From a virus (taxonomy: Duplodnaviria; Caudoviricetes): a stretch of DNA of 64,000 nt. The notes beneath the pieces are model-generated. The model made no database searches, was not told the origin of the DNA, and saw only the letters and a program-made list of their open reading frames with translations. This document shows positions 16,807-26,321 of the stretch, piece by piece. The DNA lies in IMG/VR virus record IMGVR_UViG_3300032038_000003, positions 1-64,000 of that record. One strand, 5' to 3'. Position 1 is the first letter of the stretch. Every line of letters begins with the position of its first letter. The position numbers and the translations under genes were made by a program.

Positions 16807-17433
16807 ATGTTAGGAAGTTGGAATGTTAAGGTTGCCGTTGACGCAATGCCTCAGAAGGTAGCTACTGCTATTGGAGAGCTTGCAGATCAGCTCATTGGTG
16901 CTGAGTATAAGCCTATCGCTTATCTTGGTTCACAGGTTGTTAACGGAACCAATCATGCAGTTCTTGCAGAGCAGACAATCCTTACTGGCAAGGACACAAA
17001 GAACGTAGTTGTTCTGATCTTCAACGAGAAGCCAAACGAGATGAAAGCTACTCTTGTTAACATCGAGCGTGTTGTTGAACAGGGTGGAGAAATGGGCGGC
17101 ATCCAGGTTGATGTTCAGACAGACATCCCAGTAGAAGCAAAAGAAGCATTTGATAAGGCTTTCGAAGGCTTCGTAGGATCAAAGGTTGAGCCTTTTGCTT
17201 ATCTTGGTTCTCAGGTTGTTAAGGGTGTTAACTACATCTTTGCAGCAGAGGTAACCAGTGTTACTGCTGAGCCTGTAACTAAGGTTTGCCTTGTAACTGT
17301 AAATGGCATGACTGGCGATATCGCATTTGGCGATCTGCTTGACAGCAGAAACGATCTCATGACAGTTGGTTATGCATTTACATGGCTCAAGAAAGGTACA
17401 TCATTCGGTGCTCCTCTTGGCGAATGGCCTTAA
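16807..17433 (+). CDS. Tandem-repeat protein with two cystatin-like QVVxG motifs
   Basis: PIAYLGSQVVNGTNH / PFAYLGSQVVKGVNY internal duplication. Confidence 0.6.
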   Translation: MLGSWNVKVAVDAMPQKVATAIGELADQLIGAEYKPIAYLGSQVVNGTNHAVLAEQTILTGKDTKNVVVLIFNEKPNEMKATLVNIERVVEQGGEMGGIQVDVQTDIPVEAKEAFDKAFEGFVGSKVEPFAYLGSQVVKGVNYIFAAEVTSVTAEPVTKVCLVTVNGMTGDIAFGDLLDSRNDLMTVGYAFTWLKKGTSFGAPLGEWP

Positions 17434-17569
17434 TCGTTAAGTAATGAAATAGTTGCCCACTATGGTTTTCGGACCGATATAACACTGATAGATACGTCTA
17501 TTAAGATTGGGGAAATTCCTCGTGAAAGCTCGCTCTTTAAGGAGAGAATGAGAAAGGCGTTATTTCTAA

Positions 17570-17642
17570 GTGCCACTAGCTTAGTCGGTAGAGCACATGA
17601 CTTTTAATCATGTTGTCCAGGGTTCGATTCCCTGGTGGCACA
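17570..17642 (+). tRNA. tRNA-Lys(TTT)
   Basis: Cloverleaf; CATGA-CTTTTAA-TCATG. Confidence 0.95.
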
Positions 17643-17832
17643 TAAAACCATACTCGTTCGAGCAATGCTAATTAGATAAGAGATTTTCAATCTCTAAAGC
17701 CATATAATTAGCATTGAAATCTGAAAAACCTATTCAGTTAAGATAGTAGAAAACAAACAAAGGCCTATCGGTAGAAAAATCTGCTCGATAGGTCTTTTTA
17801 TAGATTTTTATAGAAAGGATGTAACAGTAAAT

Positions 17833-18546
17833 ATGTGTGAAGTTGCATTAGTAAATCAGAGTTGCTTTGACTATCTCAAATCTTTAGAGAAGGAATCAGT
17901 TTCTTTAGTCCTGATTGACCCGCCTTACGAAGTTTCAAGAGATACAAATTTTGCATCAGGTGAGGCGAAAGGTAAAGATACTGACCGTTTTCGTGTCTCG
18001 ATGGATTTTGGTGATTGGGATGCTGAATTTACAGGTCTTGATGAAGTTATCAAAGAATGCTATCGAGTGCTGAAGAAGGGTGGCACAATGATATGCTTTT
18101 ATGACCTTTGGAAATTGACCAGTCTGAAAGACTACTTTGAATCTGCAAAATTCAAACAGATTCGATTCATTGAATGGATTAAAACAAATCCCGTTCCGCT
18201 GAATAGTAAAACTAATTATCTCACCAATGCTCGTGAGATTGCTGTTGTGGGTGTTAAAGGTGGTAAGCCTACATTTCATTCTGAATATGACAATGGGGTT
18301 TACAGTTATCCTATTTGCCATGATAAGGGCAGGTTCCACCCTACACAGAAACCCGTTGCCTTGCTTGAAGAACTGATTAAAAAGCACAGCAATGAAGGTG
18401 ATTTGGTGCTTGACTGTTTTGCAGGTTCGGCAAGTACAGCAGTTGCCGCATACAATCAGAATCGTGATTTCATTGGATGTGAGTTATCAAAAGAATATTA
18501 TGACAAGGCTATTGCCAGATTACAGAGCCTTGAAATTGTAAAGTAA
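17833..18546 (+). CDS. N4-C/N6-A DNA methyltransferase (beta class)
   Basis: DPPY, HPTQKP, LDCFAGS. Confidence 0.95.
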   Translation: MCEVALVNQSCFDYLKSLEKESVSLVLIDPPYEVSRDTNFASGEAKGKDTDRFRVSMDFGDWDAEFTGLDEVIKECYRVLKKGGTMICFYDLWKLTSLKDYFESAKFKQIRFIEWIKTNPVPLNSKTNYLTNAREIAVVGVKGGKPTFHSEYDNGVYSYPICHDKGRFHPTQKPVALLEELIKKHSNEGDLVLDCFAGSASTAVAAYNQNRDFIGCELSKEYYDKAIARLQSLEIVK

Positions 18547-18560
18547 AGGCGGTGGTAATT

Positions 18561-19298
18561 ATGGCAAAGCGAACAGATGAAGAACAGCATATATTAGATA
18601 TGATAGCATCAGGCGAAGATAAGATTGATGTAATGACCTATGTTAAAGGGAATTGTCAGTTAATCAAACTCAGTCCTCAAACATTAGGTATGTTATTTGA
18701 ATTATATGCAGGTATTCAATATGATGAAGATGACCCCACATCAGGGTTTTCAGATGAAATATCTATCGAAGAATTAAAAAATATCCATCCTGATTTTGAA
18801 AGCACTAACGGATGTCAATGGGCGAGGTCTGATGGAAGTTACCTCGGAAAGCGTTATAAGATTAAAAGACCTAAAAAAGGTGGCAAGGTATCAGCAATAC
18901 AGTTGGACGGGTTGAATCTTGATAGCGTTAAGAAATCAAGAGGCATTCGTGCTGATATTCGCAAAAGTATTGAAAAACAGTCTTGTCGTATTTTAGATAC
19001 ACATTCTCAAATCGAATGTGACCACAAAGACGGACATTATACTGTTTTATCGAATATTGATTTATCTACACAAAAAGAATCTGATTTTCAGCCGTTATCT
19101 AAAGCTGCAAATGATGCCAAGCGTCATCATTGTTCAGATTGCATTAAAACGGGAAAACGCTATGATGCAACAAGACTTGGATACAAAGAAGGCTTTATCG
19201 TAGGTGATGAAGATACTAAAGTCTGTGCAGGATGCTATTGGTATGACCCGAAGCGGTTTAACGAGGTTATTTCCAAGGATTATCAGAAAGGAAAATAA
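18561..19298 (+). CDS. HNH restriction endonuclease, NlaIII/IceA-like
   Basis: ECDHKDG, DFQPLSKAANDAKR, RYDAT, CAGCYWYDP motifs. Confidence 0.75.
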   Translation: MAKRTDEEQHILDMIASGEDKIDVMTYVKGNCQLIKLSPQTLGMLFELYAGIQYDEDDPTSGFSDEISIEELKNIHPDFESTNGCQWARSDGSYLGKRYKIKRPKKGGKVSAIQLDGLNLDSVKKSRGIRADIRKSIEKQSCRILDTHSQIECDHKDGHYTVLSNIDLSTQKESDFQPLSKAANDAKRHHCSDCIKTGKRYDATRLGYKEGFIVGDEDTKVCAGCYWYDPKRFNEVISKDYQKGK

Positions 19299-19303
19299 CA
19301 GAT

Positions 19304-19480
19304 ATGAAAGATAACAATAAGAAAGAAATCAAATATCTGAATGTCTGTATGGACAAGGCTCTGCACGAAGAATTTGAAGCATTCTGCAAGGCTCACGGTA
19401 TGAGCAAGGTTGGAGCGACAGAGCAGGCTATCAGACAGTATATGGATAAGATGAACAAAGCGTTGAAGAATGTGAAGTAA
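19304..19480 (+). CDS. Ribbon-helix-helix-like small regulator
   Basis: YLNVCMDKALHEEFEAFCKAHGMSK..EQAIRQYM; SD present. Confidence 0.6.
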   Translation: MKDNNKKEIKYLNVCMDKALHEEFEAFCKAHGMSKVGATEQAIRQYMDKMNKALKNVK

Positions 19481-19601
19481 AAAATAAAGCACCCTTTTCT
19501 CTTTGATTGAGAATTGGGTGCTTTTGATTTGGGTTGCTATTTGCTTAACTTATTAGCATTGACTCATTCGAGTAGGGTTTATTTATTTATGGAGGTATAA
19601 T

Positions 19602-19895
19602 ATGATTCTTGCAGCAGCAATTAAATTTCATATAACAGAAACAGATAAAGACGTAGTATTGTGTGGATGCAGACATGGAGATATATTTGCACAATTAGAA
19701 CCTTTAGGTTTCAGACCACATAAAGGTTATGAAGAAATAGAACAAGGTTTTATAGACCATCATAATAATTTTCTTACAAGAAAAGAAGCGTTTGAACATG
19801 CAAAACAATGTGGTCAATTATGTGATAAGATCATTTATGATCGTGAAAATGGTGGCGTAGGTGGACTTAATCTTATATCGGAAGACCTATGGTAA
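19602..19895 (+). CDS. Hypothetical phage protein
   Basis: ORF with SD. Confidence 0.75.
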   Translation: MILAAAIKFHITETDKDVVLCGCRHGDIFAQLEPLGFRPHKGYEEIEQGFIDHHNNFLTRKEAFEHAKQCGQLCDKIIYDRENGGVGGLNLISEDLW

Positions 19896-19922
19896 ATAAT
19901 AGTTATACGAAAGGAGATAAAT

Positions 19923-20789
19923 ATGATTAAGTTTCACATACCAGATTTCTTTTATCATTATGATTTAAATACATGTCTAATCCGTTATATGAATTCTAAT
20001 CCAGATGCATTCAGAAAAGATATTTGTATTGGATCTATATATGGAACTTTTCCAGATGCATATTGGAATGGTGGTCGTTTTATGAGCGGATATTCTGATG
20101 TGTTCAATATAGAAAATACAATTAATGCTATTAACGATTTGGGTATTCCAGTAAGATTTACATGGACCAATTCTTTAATAAACGAGCATCTTTTATATGA
20201 TCCATATTGTAATACAATTATGAAATTTGCTAATAATGGCATGAACGAAGTATTGGTAAATAGTCCATTATTAGAGGACTATTTAAGAAAAACATATCCA
20301 AATTTTAAATATATTTCATCTACTACAAAATGTTTATTGGATATAGATGCGATTAATAAAGAATGTGAAAATTATTATCTTGTTGTTCTTGATTATCGCA
20401 AGAATATAGATAAAGATTTTCTTGGTAAGCTAAAATATAAAGACAAAATAGAATTATTGATTAACGCATATTGTTCACCAGAATGTAAGGAAAGAAGTGA
20501 GCATTATGAATATTTATCAAGATTACAGCTTACTGAAAAATTAGAAGAGAGACAGTGCTATTTATTAGCAAAGACATTCCACGAATCTTTTAAATATAAT
20601 ACTGTCATTCGTGTAAATGATTTATATGACTATTATGTCAATCAAGGATTTGAAAACTTTAAGATAGAAGGTCGTACAGTTCATCCAATAGATCTGATTG
20701 ATAGTTATATGTATTATATGGTTAAAGAAGAATATCAAGACGAAATACGCAATAATATGGTACAAGAATTATGGCGATGGTCACGATAA
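19923..20789 (+). CDS. Peptidase U32-like protein
   Basis: GFENFKIEGR motif and Cys cluster. Confidence 0.6.
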   Translation: MIKFHIPDFFYHYDLNTCLIRYMNSNPDAFRKDICIGSIYGTFPDAYWNGGRFMSGYSDVFNIENTINAINDLGIPVRFTWTNSLINEHLLYDPYCNTIMKFANNGMNEVLVNSPLLEDYLRKTYPNFKYISSTTKCLLDIDAINKECENYYLVVLDYRKNIDKDFLGKLKYKDKIELLINAYCSPECKERSEHYEYLSRLQLTEKLEERQCYLLAKTFHESFKYNTVIRVNDLYDYYVNQGFENFKIEGRTVHPIDLIDSYMYYMVKEEYQDEIRNNMVQELWRWSR

Positions 20790-20803
20790 GAAAGGAGAAG
20801 AAC

Positions 20804-20974
20804 ATGAGTGTTGGAGAGTATATCTGTGTCGGTAGAATATATGTTATCATCAACGAAGCAAATGATAAGCTTACTATCGAACAAATAGAAGAAACAAAAG
20901 TATCATTGAAAAATATACTGCTTCGAATCTTCAGAATAATAACAGAGCAAAGCTTAGTGCTACTCTGGAATTAG
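20804..20974 (+). CDS. Small hypothetical protein
   Basis: GAAAGGAG SD. Confidence 0.55.
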   Translation: MSVGEYICVGRIYVIINEANDKLTIEQIEETKVSLKNILLRIFRIITEQSLVLLWN

Positions 20975-21028
20975 AAAAAATATTTCCATACGGTACACAA
21001 ATACTTATTCATTGAAAGGAGAAAAGAA

Positions 21029-21433
21029 ATGAGAGTAATTTCACAATGGAAGGACATTGATCTTGATTATGAATCCAGTAGTTTCTTAATCACAGACAAT
21101 GCAACAATGCAAGACATCGAAGAAGCACCAGACGAAGTAATACCAGGAGGAGACTTATCAGAAAAAGATAAAGGTGGTTATATTATCATTGGTATTACAC
21201 AAACTGGTCATCGATTCGCACTGGCTGGCTATTCAACTCTTGAAAAGGCACAGAAAGCATTAACTGATATGTCTAGTAATTATATTAGATATCTGATTAC
21301 AGATAGCAATAGTTACATGACAATGACAGATGCTCTTGACTGTGAGCTTGATAAACCTTTTAACAAGCTTGAGATCAAAGAGATGAAAGCAACAGTTTAT
21401 CAGTTTCCAGAGGAGGATGATATTCATGAATAA
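21029..21433 (+). CDS. Hypothetical protein
   Basis: ORF with SD. Confidence 0.75.
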   Translation: MRVISQWKDIDLDYESSSFLITDNATMQDIEEAPDEVIPGGDLSEKDKGGYIIIGITQTGHRFALAGYSTLEKAQKALTDMSSNYIRYLITDSNSYMTMTDALDCELDKPFNKLEIKEMKATVYQFPEEDDIHE

Positions 21434-21583
21434 TATGGATATTGTTATGTATGAAACTTTTATGGAAGAAGAGCAGAGACATAAAGACCTTGAAGATGAA
21501 GGAAGGTCTCTGCTATATCCAAACGCTGATGATGAAGAATATGAAGAAGAACTGATGGATCAGTGCTTCAAGGAGGATTAATC

Positions 21584-21862
21584 ATGGATCAGTATGAAAA
21601 GCATAAAAAGATATGTGATACTCTGAACGAGACATATATCCAGAAGAATAAAGCATATGGTAATAGTTTTACAGATACGTTTGAGAAATTAGGCGTAATA
21701 TCTGCTGTTACCAGAATTACAGACAAGTACAATCGTCTTGTCAATCTTGCTACTAATCCTAATGTCGATATCGGTGACGAATCCATTAAAGATACTCTTC
21801 TTGATATGGCAAATTACTGTATCATGACATACATGGAGCTTGACAAAGAAGAAAAAGTCTGA
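21584..21862 (+). CDS. DUF1599 / nucleotide-modification-associated domain protein
   Basis: KNKAYGNSF..RITDKYNRL..DESIKDTLLDMANY. Confidence 0.8.
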   Translation: MDQYEKHKKICDTLNETYIQKNKAYGNSFTDTFEKLGVISAVTRITDKYNRLVNLATNPNVDIGDESIKDTLLDMANYCIMTYMELDKEEKV

Positions 21863-21888
21863 TTTCAAGCTATTTTTGAAAATAGATA

Positions 21889-21917
21889 TTGACAACAAAC
21901 ATTTTTCGTATTATACT
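21889..21917 (+). promoter_or_regulatory. sigmaA promoter of HU gene
   Basis: TTGACA-17-TATACT. Confidence 0.75.
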
Positions 21918-21973
21918 TTTGCCATGGTGCATAACAGTAAATGCACAATTTCCTTAAAAGGAGGATTAAAGTC

Positions 21974-22222
21974 ATGACAAGAGTAGAATTAGCAGCTAAA
22001 GTTGGCGTTGATGACAAAGCTTTAAAAGCAGTATTCGACGCTATCAAAGAAGAGGTTGTTGCTGGTAATAAAGTTGACATCGCTGGCTTTGGATCATTCC
22101 AGCCCACTGATAGAGCAGCTCGTACAGCAAGAAATCCTCAAACTGGTGAAGCTATCCAGGTTGCAGCTAAGAAAGCTGTAAAGTTCAAAGTCTCAAAGAC
22201 TTTCAAGGATGCTTTAAACTAA
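21974..22222 (+). CDS. hup: HU family histone-like DNA-binding protein
   Basis: GFGSF..RAARTARNPQTGE..VKFK. Confidence 0.95.
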   Translation: MTRVELAAKVGVDDKALKAVFDAIKEEVVAGNKVDIAGFGSFQPTDRAARTARNPQTGEAIQVAAKKAVKFKVSKTFKDALN

Positions 22223-22223
22223 C

Positions 22224-22604
22224 GGAGGTTCAGGGCGACTGTAAGTTTGGTGTATAACTAAAATAATATATGTAAAGATAATATTGTCCCCTTCAGAAAG
22301 AATAAAACAGTCAGACGCAGCAAGTTGCTGACCGATAAATACATCGCTAAGATATTAACTGCATTGTGTCAGAGTTTCACTTAGGTCGAAAGATATTGTA
22401 ACAAAGAATGTAGTTGTATTGTGTAGGAGGTAATGCCTGATGCTGGACTATTAATAGAAATGGTTTTCAGTAGCGTAAAGATATTTTCCATTTTCTGATT
22501 GTAATTATAATAAACGAACAATATTTCAAGCAGTATTATCGATGTTAAAGTAGTCAGTAAGTGAACGTGCTTGAGGATTATACTCGATATGGTTCTGCCC
22601 TTCC
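22224..22604 (+). ncRNA. Candidate ~380-nt structured RNA between HU and tRNA-Thr
   Basis: ORF-free; ends can pair (GGAGG..CAGGGC / GTTCTG..CTTCC). Confidence 0.35.
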
Positions 22605-22607
22605 TAA

Positions 22608-22680
22608 GCCGTCTTAGCTCAATTGGTAGAGCAGTTGATTTGTAATCAACAGGTTGAGGGTTCGATTCCCCCAGGCGGCT
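22608..22680 (+). tRNA. tRNA-Thr(TGT)
   Basis: Cloverleaf; GTTGA-TTTGTAA-TCAAC. Confidence 0.95.
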
Positions 22681-22714
22681 TTTGCTAATTATTTAGCATA
22701 AAGGAGAAGAAGCA

Positions 22715-23419
22715 ATGATTACTGTAGAAAACATTCAAGTATTTAATCTTGAAAACACAATCATAGGAATGCGTAACCCTATGAACAGCTGGGATAAGAG
22801 CGATAGTAAGTGGGAATGGGAAGAAGACCCATCACTAATCAATCCTAATGACCCAGGAATGACTTTTAAAGTAGGACAGAATGATTTGGACCTTATGCAC
22901 AAACTTATTCATAGTGGTTCTCCACATGATAAGTTTATGAGACAAATCTTATGTTCTATGCAAATAACAGCCCCCTTGTATTGGTGGAAAGAAATGGATA
23001 CCTATAAGGTCGCTACTGTAGCCAACAGTACTTCTACGATGCATAAGATCCATTCTAAACCAATTGAAGCAACAGATCTTAGTTTGGATTTACCTCTGGA
23101 AATGCCATCAGACGATGAAGGAAATGTGAAGATTTTTACAAAAGACTTTATCAATTTCCTTGAGTGGCTTAGACAGAAGTATCTTGAAACTAAAGATGTG
23201 ATGCCCAAGGATAATCCATACTGGAGAACGCTTATTCAGTATCTTCCAGAGTCTTACAATCAAACAAGAATGTGGACAGCCAATTATGAAACCTTAAGAA
23301 ATATTTATATTTGGCGTAAGAACCACAAGCTGATTGAATGGAGACAGTTCTGTGAGTTATTTACTGATGACAGCTTATTCCCTTATGGTAAGGAGTTAAT
23401 TGCATACGAACTTGATTAA
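22715..23419 (+). CDS. ThyX-like (flavin-dependent thymidylate synthase-related) phage protein
   Basis: HDKFMRQI..APLYWWKEMDTY..STMH..RKNHKLIEW pattern. Confidence 0.55.
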   Translation: MITVENIQVFNLENTIIGMRNPMNSWDKSDSKWEWEEDPSLINPNDPGMTFKVGQNDLDLMHKLIHSGSPHDKFMRQILCSMQITAPLYWWKEMDTYKVATVANSTSTMHKIHSKPIEATDLSLDLPLEMPSDDEGNVKIFTKDFINFLEWLRQKYLETKDVMPKDNPYWRTLIQYLPESYNQTRMWTANYETLRNIYIWRKNHKLIEWRQFCELFTDDSLFPYGKELIAYELD

Positions 23420-23435
23420 ATAAATATATCAAGGA

Positions 23436-23705
23436 GTGAAGAGTATGCGAATTGGGTTAACAGAAGTGAAGAATGCTGATTATCAAGATCGACACTTTTA
23501 CCTAATCGAAGTAAAGACTAGGAATATGAAAGTGTTAACACTTGGTAAGTTTAATGAACGTCAATTGTTATTCGAATACTACAATTACTATACCAATCGT
23601 GTAGAAACTGTAGATATTTTTGAAACGAGAAAGCTGGTTGGCGTATTCAGTATCGAAGGAATAATTAGAGACATCGAGTATCACAGATTATTTGATAAAC
23701 CCTAA
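23436..23705 (+). CDS. Hypothetical protein
   Basis: ORF. Confidence 0.65.
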   Translation: MKSMRIGLTEVKNADYQDRHFYLIEVKTRNMKVLTLGKFNERQLLFEYYNYYTNRVETVDIFETRKLVGVFSIEGIIRDIEYHRLFDKP

Positions 23706-23759
23706 AGATCAAACCTACACTTATAAAGAGCCTTTTATGATAGAGGCTCTTTTCTTTTA

Positions 23760-23769
23760 CCCTAACGGG
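23760..23769 (+). promoter_or_regulatory. Hairpin promoter candidate 11, upstream of helicase
   Basis: CCC-TAAC-GGG, GAA at +12..14, right after a terminator. Confidence 0.6.
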
Positions 23770-23821
23770 CATATTTGGAACTATTATTACATAAAATCTA
23801 TAAAAGGAAGGTACAGACGTT

Positions 23822-25732
23822 ATGCTGACAGATTTAAGTGGTCTTAACCCACAGCAGAAAGATGCAGTGCTTCAGTCTATAGACCATAATGTGGTTCTGT
23901 TAGCTGGTGCTGGATCTGGAAAGACATTTACACTTGTAAAGAGAACTGAATATTTGATCACTGATCTGGGTGTAAATCCAGAGAATATTATGCTTGTTAC
24001 ATTCACAAATAAAGCAGCTAATGAGATAAGAGAAAGAATGAATAAGTTATCTCCAGATGCTTATAAGATGTGGATTGGAACATTCCATAGAATTTGTACA
24101 AGAATTATGCGTATGTTTGGTTGGCATCTTGGTATTGACTCTTTTACCATTCTTGATACAAAAGACGCAAGAAAGATTATCAAAGACTTTTTAGTACAAG
24201 AAGGTGAAGATGATAGCATTCAGAACGTTAAAGCTTACCAGGCACGTATCAGCAAGTTTAAGAACAATCTTATTAAGAAAAACGATGCAAAGAACGATCC
24301 TAATGTTAGCACAGCACTTGCTAATGTATATGCTAACTATATGGATTATTGCTGGAAGAATAAGTCTTTTGATTTCGATGATCTGATTACTTATACTATT
24401 CTTTTACTTTCTTCTTTTAAGGATGTAGCTGAATGGGTTCATACGAACATTAAGTATATCATGGTTGACGAATGCCAGGATACTAATTCTGCACAGTTCA
24501 TTTTGATTAAGCTTATTCGTGGTGAGAATAACACCATGCTCGTTGGTGATGTTAATCAGTCCATTTATGCATTCAGAAATGCAAAGCCTAAGTATCTTGA
24601 AAACTTTGCTGAAACAACGCCTAACACTCTTAAGCTTAAGCTTGAACAGAATTATCGTTCTACTCGTAACATTATCAATGCTGCTAATGCAGTGGTTAAA
24701 AACAATAAGTTTGGTACTAAGCTTGAAATGTTTTGCGACAACGAAGACGGAGCAAAGGTTCAGCTTTATAATGCAAATACTACATTTGCAGAGGCTGATT
24801 GGGTAGTATCAGAGATTATGACTGGTCATAATTATCTTAATAAAGATTTCTCTGATTTTGCTATCATTTATAGAGCGAATTTCCAGTCACGTTTGTTTGA
24901 AGAAGCATTAACAAAGCTTGGTATTCCTTACGTAGTATTTGGTTCTGGTTCTTTCTATTCTCGTAAAGAAGTTAAAGATTTGTTGGCATTTTGTAAATGC
25001 GTTATTAATCCTTTTGACGTTGTATCTTTCAGAAGAGCATTAGGAACTTTTAAGGGCGTTGGCTCAAAGACTATTGATAACATCGTAGATTATGCTCTTG
25101 CAAATAAGATTACATATGCAATGGCTCTTGAGCATTATTTTAATAATAATACCAGACCTACATTAAGAGAGCCTCTTCGTCAGATGCTTAATGTTATCCA
25201 CAAAAGTTACACAAAATGTGTGGATATTGTGGATAACGTATTTCTTGAGACTAAATATCGTGCATCCCAGGCAGTTATCAATACTGAAGAAGCACAAGAT
25301 AATGTGCAGATTATGGATGAATTCAGAGAAATGGTTAAGTCTCTTGAGGATCGCAAAGGCGAAGATACAACTCTTATGGAAATGCTTGATGAAATTTCTT
25401 TACTTACAGATGCAAAGGGTGACGAAAAGGCAAATGCTAATGCAGTTAAGCTTATGACTGCTCATGCATCTAAAGGTCTTGAGTTTAATTCTGTATTTAT
25501 CGTAGGTTCTGAAGAGGGTCTTTTCCCTCATAGTAATGCTATTCAGACTGGTAATCCAGATGATATCGAAGAAGAGAGAAGATTATATTATGTAGCCATG
25601 ACAAGAGCACAGAAAAAGCTCTATATCACTTATGCAGAAAACAAAAAGACTGGAAGTGAAGGATATCAGCCGATTACCGAAAGTCGTTTTATCTATGAAA
25701 TACCAGAGACTCTTAAAGAATACACTTTATAG
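23822..25732 (+). CDS. pcrA: PcrA/UvrD SF1 DNA helicase
   Basis: AGAGSGKT, VDECQD, GDVNQSIY, NYRS, HASKGLEF, YVAMTRA. Confidence 0.95.
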   Translation: MLTDLSGLNPQQKDAVLQSIDHNVVLLAGAGSGKTFTLVKRTEYLITDLGVNPENIMLVTFTNKAANEIRERMNKLSPDAYKMWIGTFHRICTRIMRMFGWHLGIDSFTILDTKDARKIIKDFLVQEGEDDSIQNVKAYQARISKFKNNLIKKNDAKNDPNVSTALANVYANYMDYCWKNKSFDFDDLITYTILLLSSFKDVAEWVHTNIKYIMVDECQDTNSAQFILIKLIRGENNTMLVGDVNQSIYAFRNAKPKYLENFAETTPNTLKLKLEQNYRSTRNIINAANAVVKNNKFGTKLEMFCDNEDGAKVQLYNANTTFAEADWVVSEIMTGHNYLNKDFSDFAIIYRANFQSRLFEEALTKLGIPYVVFGSGSFYSRKEVKDLLAFCKCVINPFDVVSFRRALGTFKGVGSKTIDNIVDYALANKITYAMALEHYFNNNTRPTLREPLRQMLNVIHKSYTKCVDIVDNVFLETKYRASQAVINTEEAQDNVQIMDEFREMVKSLEDRKGEDTTLMEMLDEISLLTDAKGDEKANANAVKLMTAHASKGLEFNSVFIVGSEEGLFPHSNAIQTGNPDDIEEERRLYYVAMTRAQKKLYITYAENKKTGSEGYQPITESRFIYEIPETLKEYTL

Positions 25733-25741
25733 GAGGATTAT

Positions 25742-26311
25742 ATGGCTGAAAAGAGTATAGATGAAATCCTCGCAGAAAAAGAAATTACAGAGAAAGCCAT
25801 ATCAGATACTATATCTGGTATGGCTTTTTTCTTTCAAAAAGAGGACGAAAGAAAAAGTGCAGATGACACTCGTAAAGTAGTTGATTTTTATGTTAACGAG
25901 TGCAATAAAGATGACGATTATTATGCAACACAAATGCATTTAATTTGTCATCGTTTTAATGAAGTACCAGCAAAGCCTTGGCTAATGAGTAGTTATCGTC
26001 AGCATGTTCAGAAATGGGATAAATTTATCGTTGAGTCTATTTTTAATGGTTTATTTTCCCATTGGGTTTATAAGATGATCGAACATCATGAGGATAATAG
26101 AGGTGGTCAAGCAGACAAAGAGAGGTTTATTACCAGACGGCTTCTTGAAGCTATTGATACACAGACTAATATATCTTTGTATTCTGAATATAAGGACGAA
26201 CCAGGAAAACAAGCATACTGGTCACCAAAGTATTTTAAAGATACACATCAAGTAAAGGTTGAGTTTGTATCGTGGTGGATGGGCGAAGACATGTCTAAAT
26301 ATGTAAATTAG
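25742..26311 (+). CDS. Hypothetical protein
   Basis: ORF with SD. Confidence 0.75.
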   Translation: MAEKSIDEILAEKEITEKAISDTISGMAFFFQKEDERKSADDTRKVVDFYVNECNKDDDYYATQMHLICHRFNEVPAKPWLMSSYRQHVQKWDKFIVESIFNGLFSHWVYKMIEHHEDNRGGQADKERFITRRLLEAIDTQTNISLYSEYKDEPGKQAYWSPKYFKDTHQVKVEFVSWWMGEDMSKYVN

Positions 26312-26321
26312 GAGGAACATC

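Larger units (their letters stand above)
17643..19582. mobile_element. Non-autonomous R-M cassette bounded by imperfect ~38-bp inverted repeats, directly after tRNA-Lys
   Basis: 17643-17680 vs reverse complement of 19544-19582. Confidence 0.55.

Noticed and set aside
17486-17530. Hammerhead ribozyme (CTGATAG..GAAA)
   Set aside because: Core is not CUGANGA and stems I-III cannot be built.
17761-17798. GCC-TATC-GGT as a hairpin promoter
   Set aside because: Part of a larger terminator-like stem with T run; C at +12.
24681-25444. TGC-TAAT-GCA mini-palindromes inside pcrA
   Set aside because: Explained by Ala-Asn-Ala codons; wrong loop and no matching downstream pattern.
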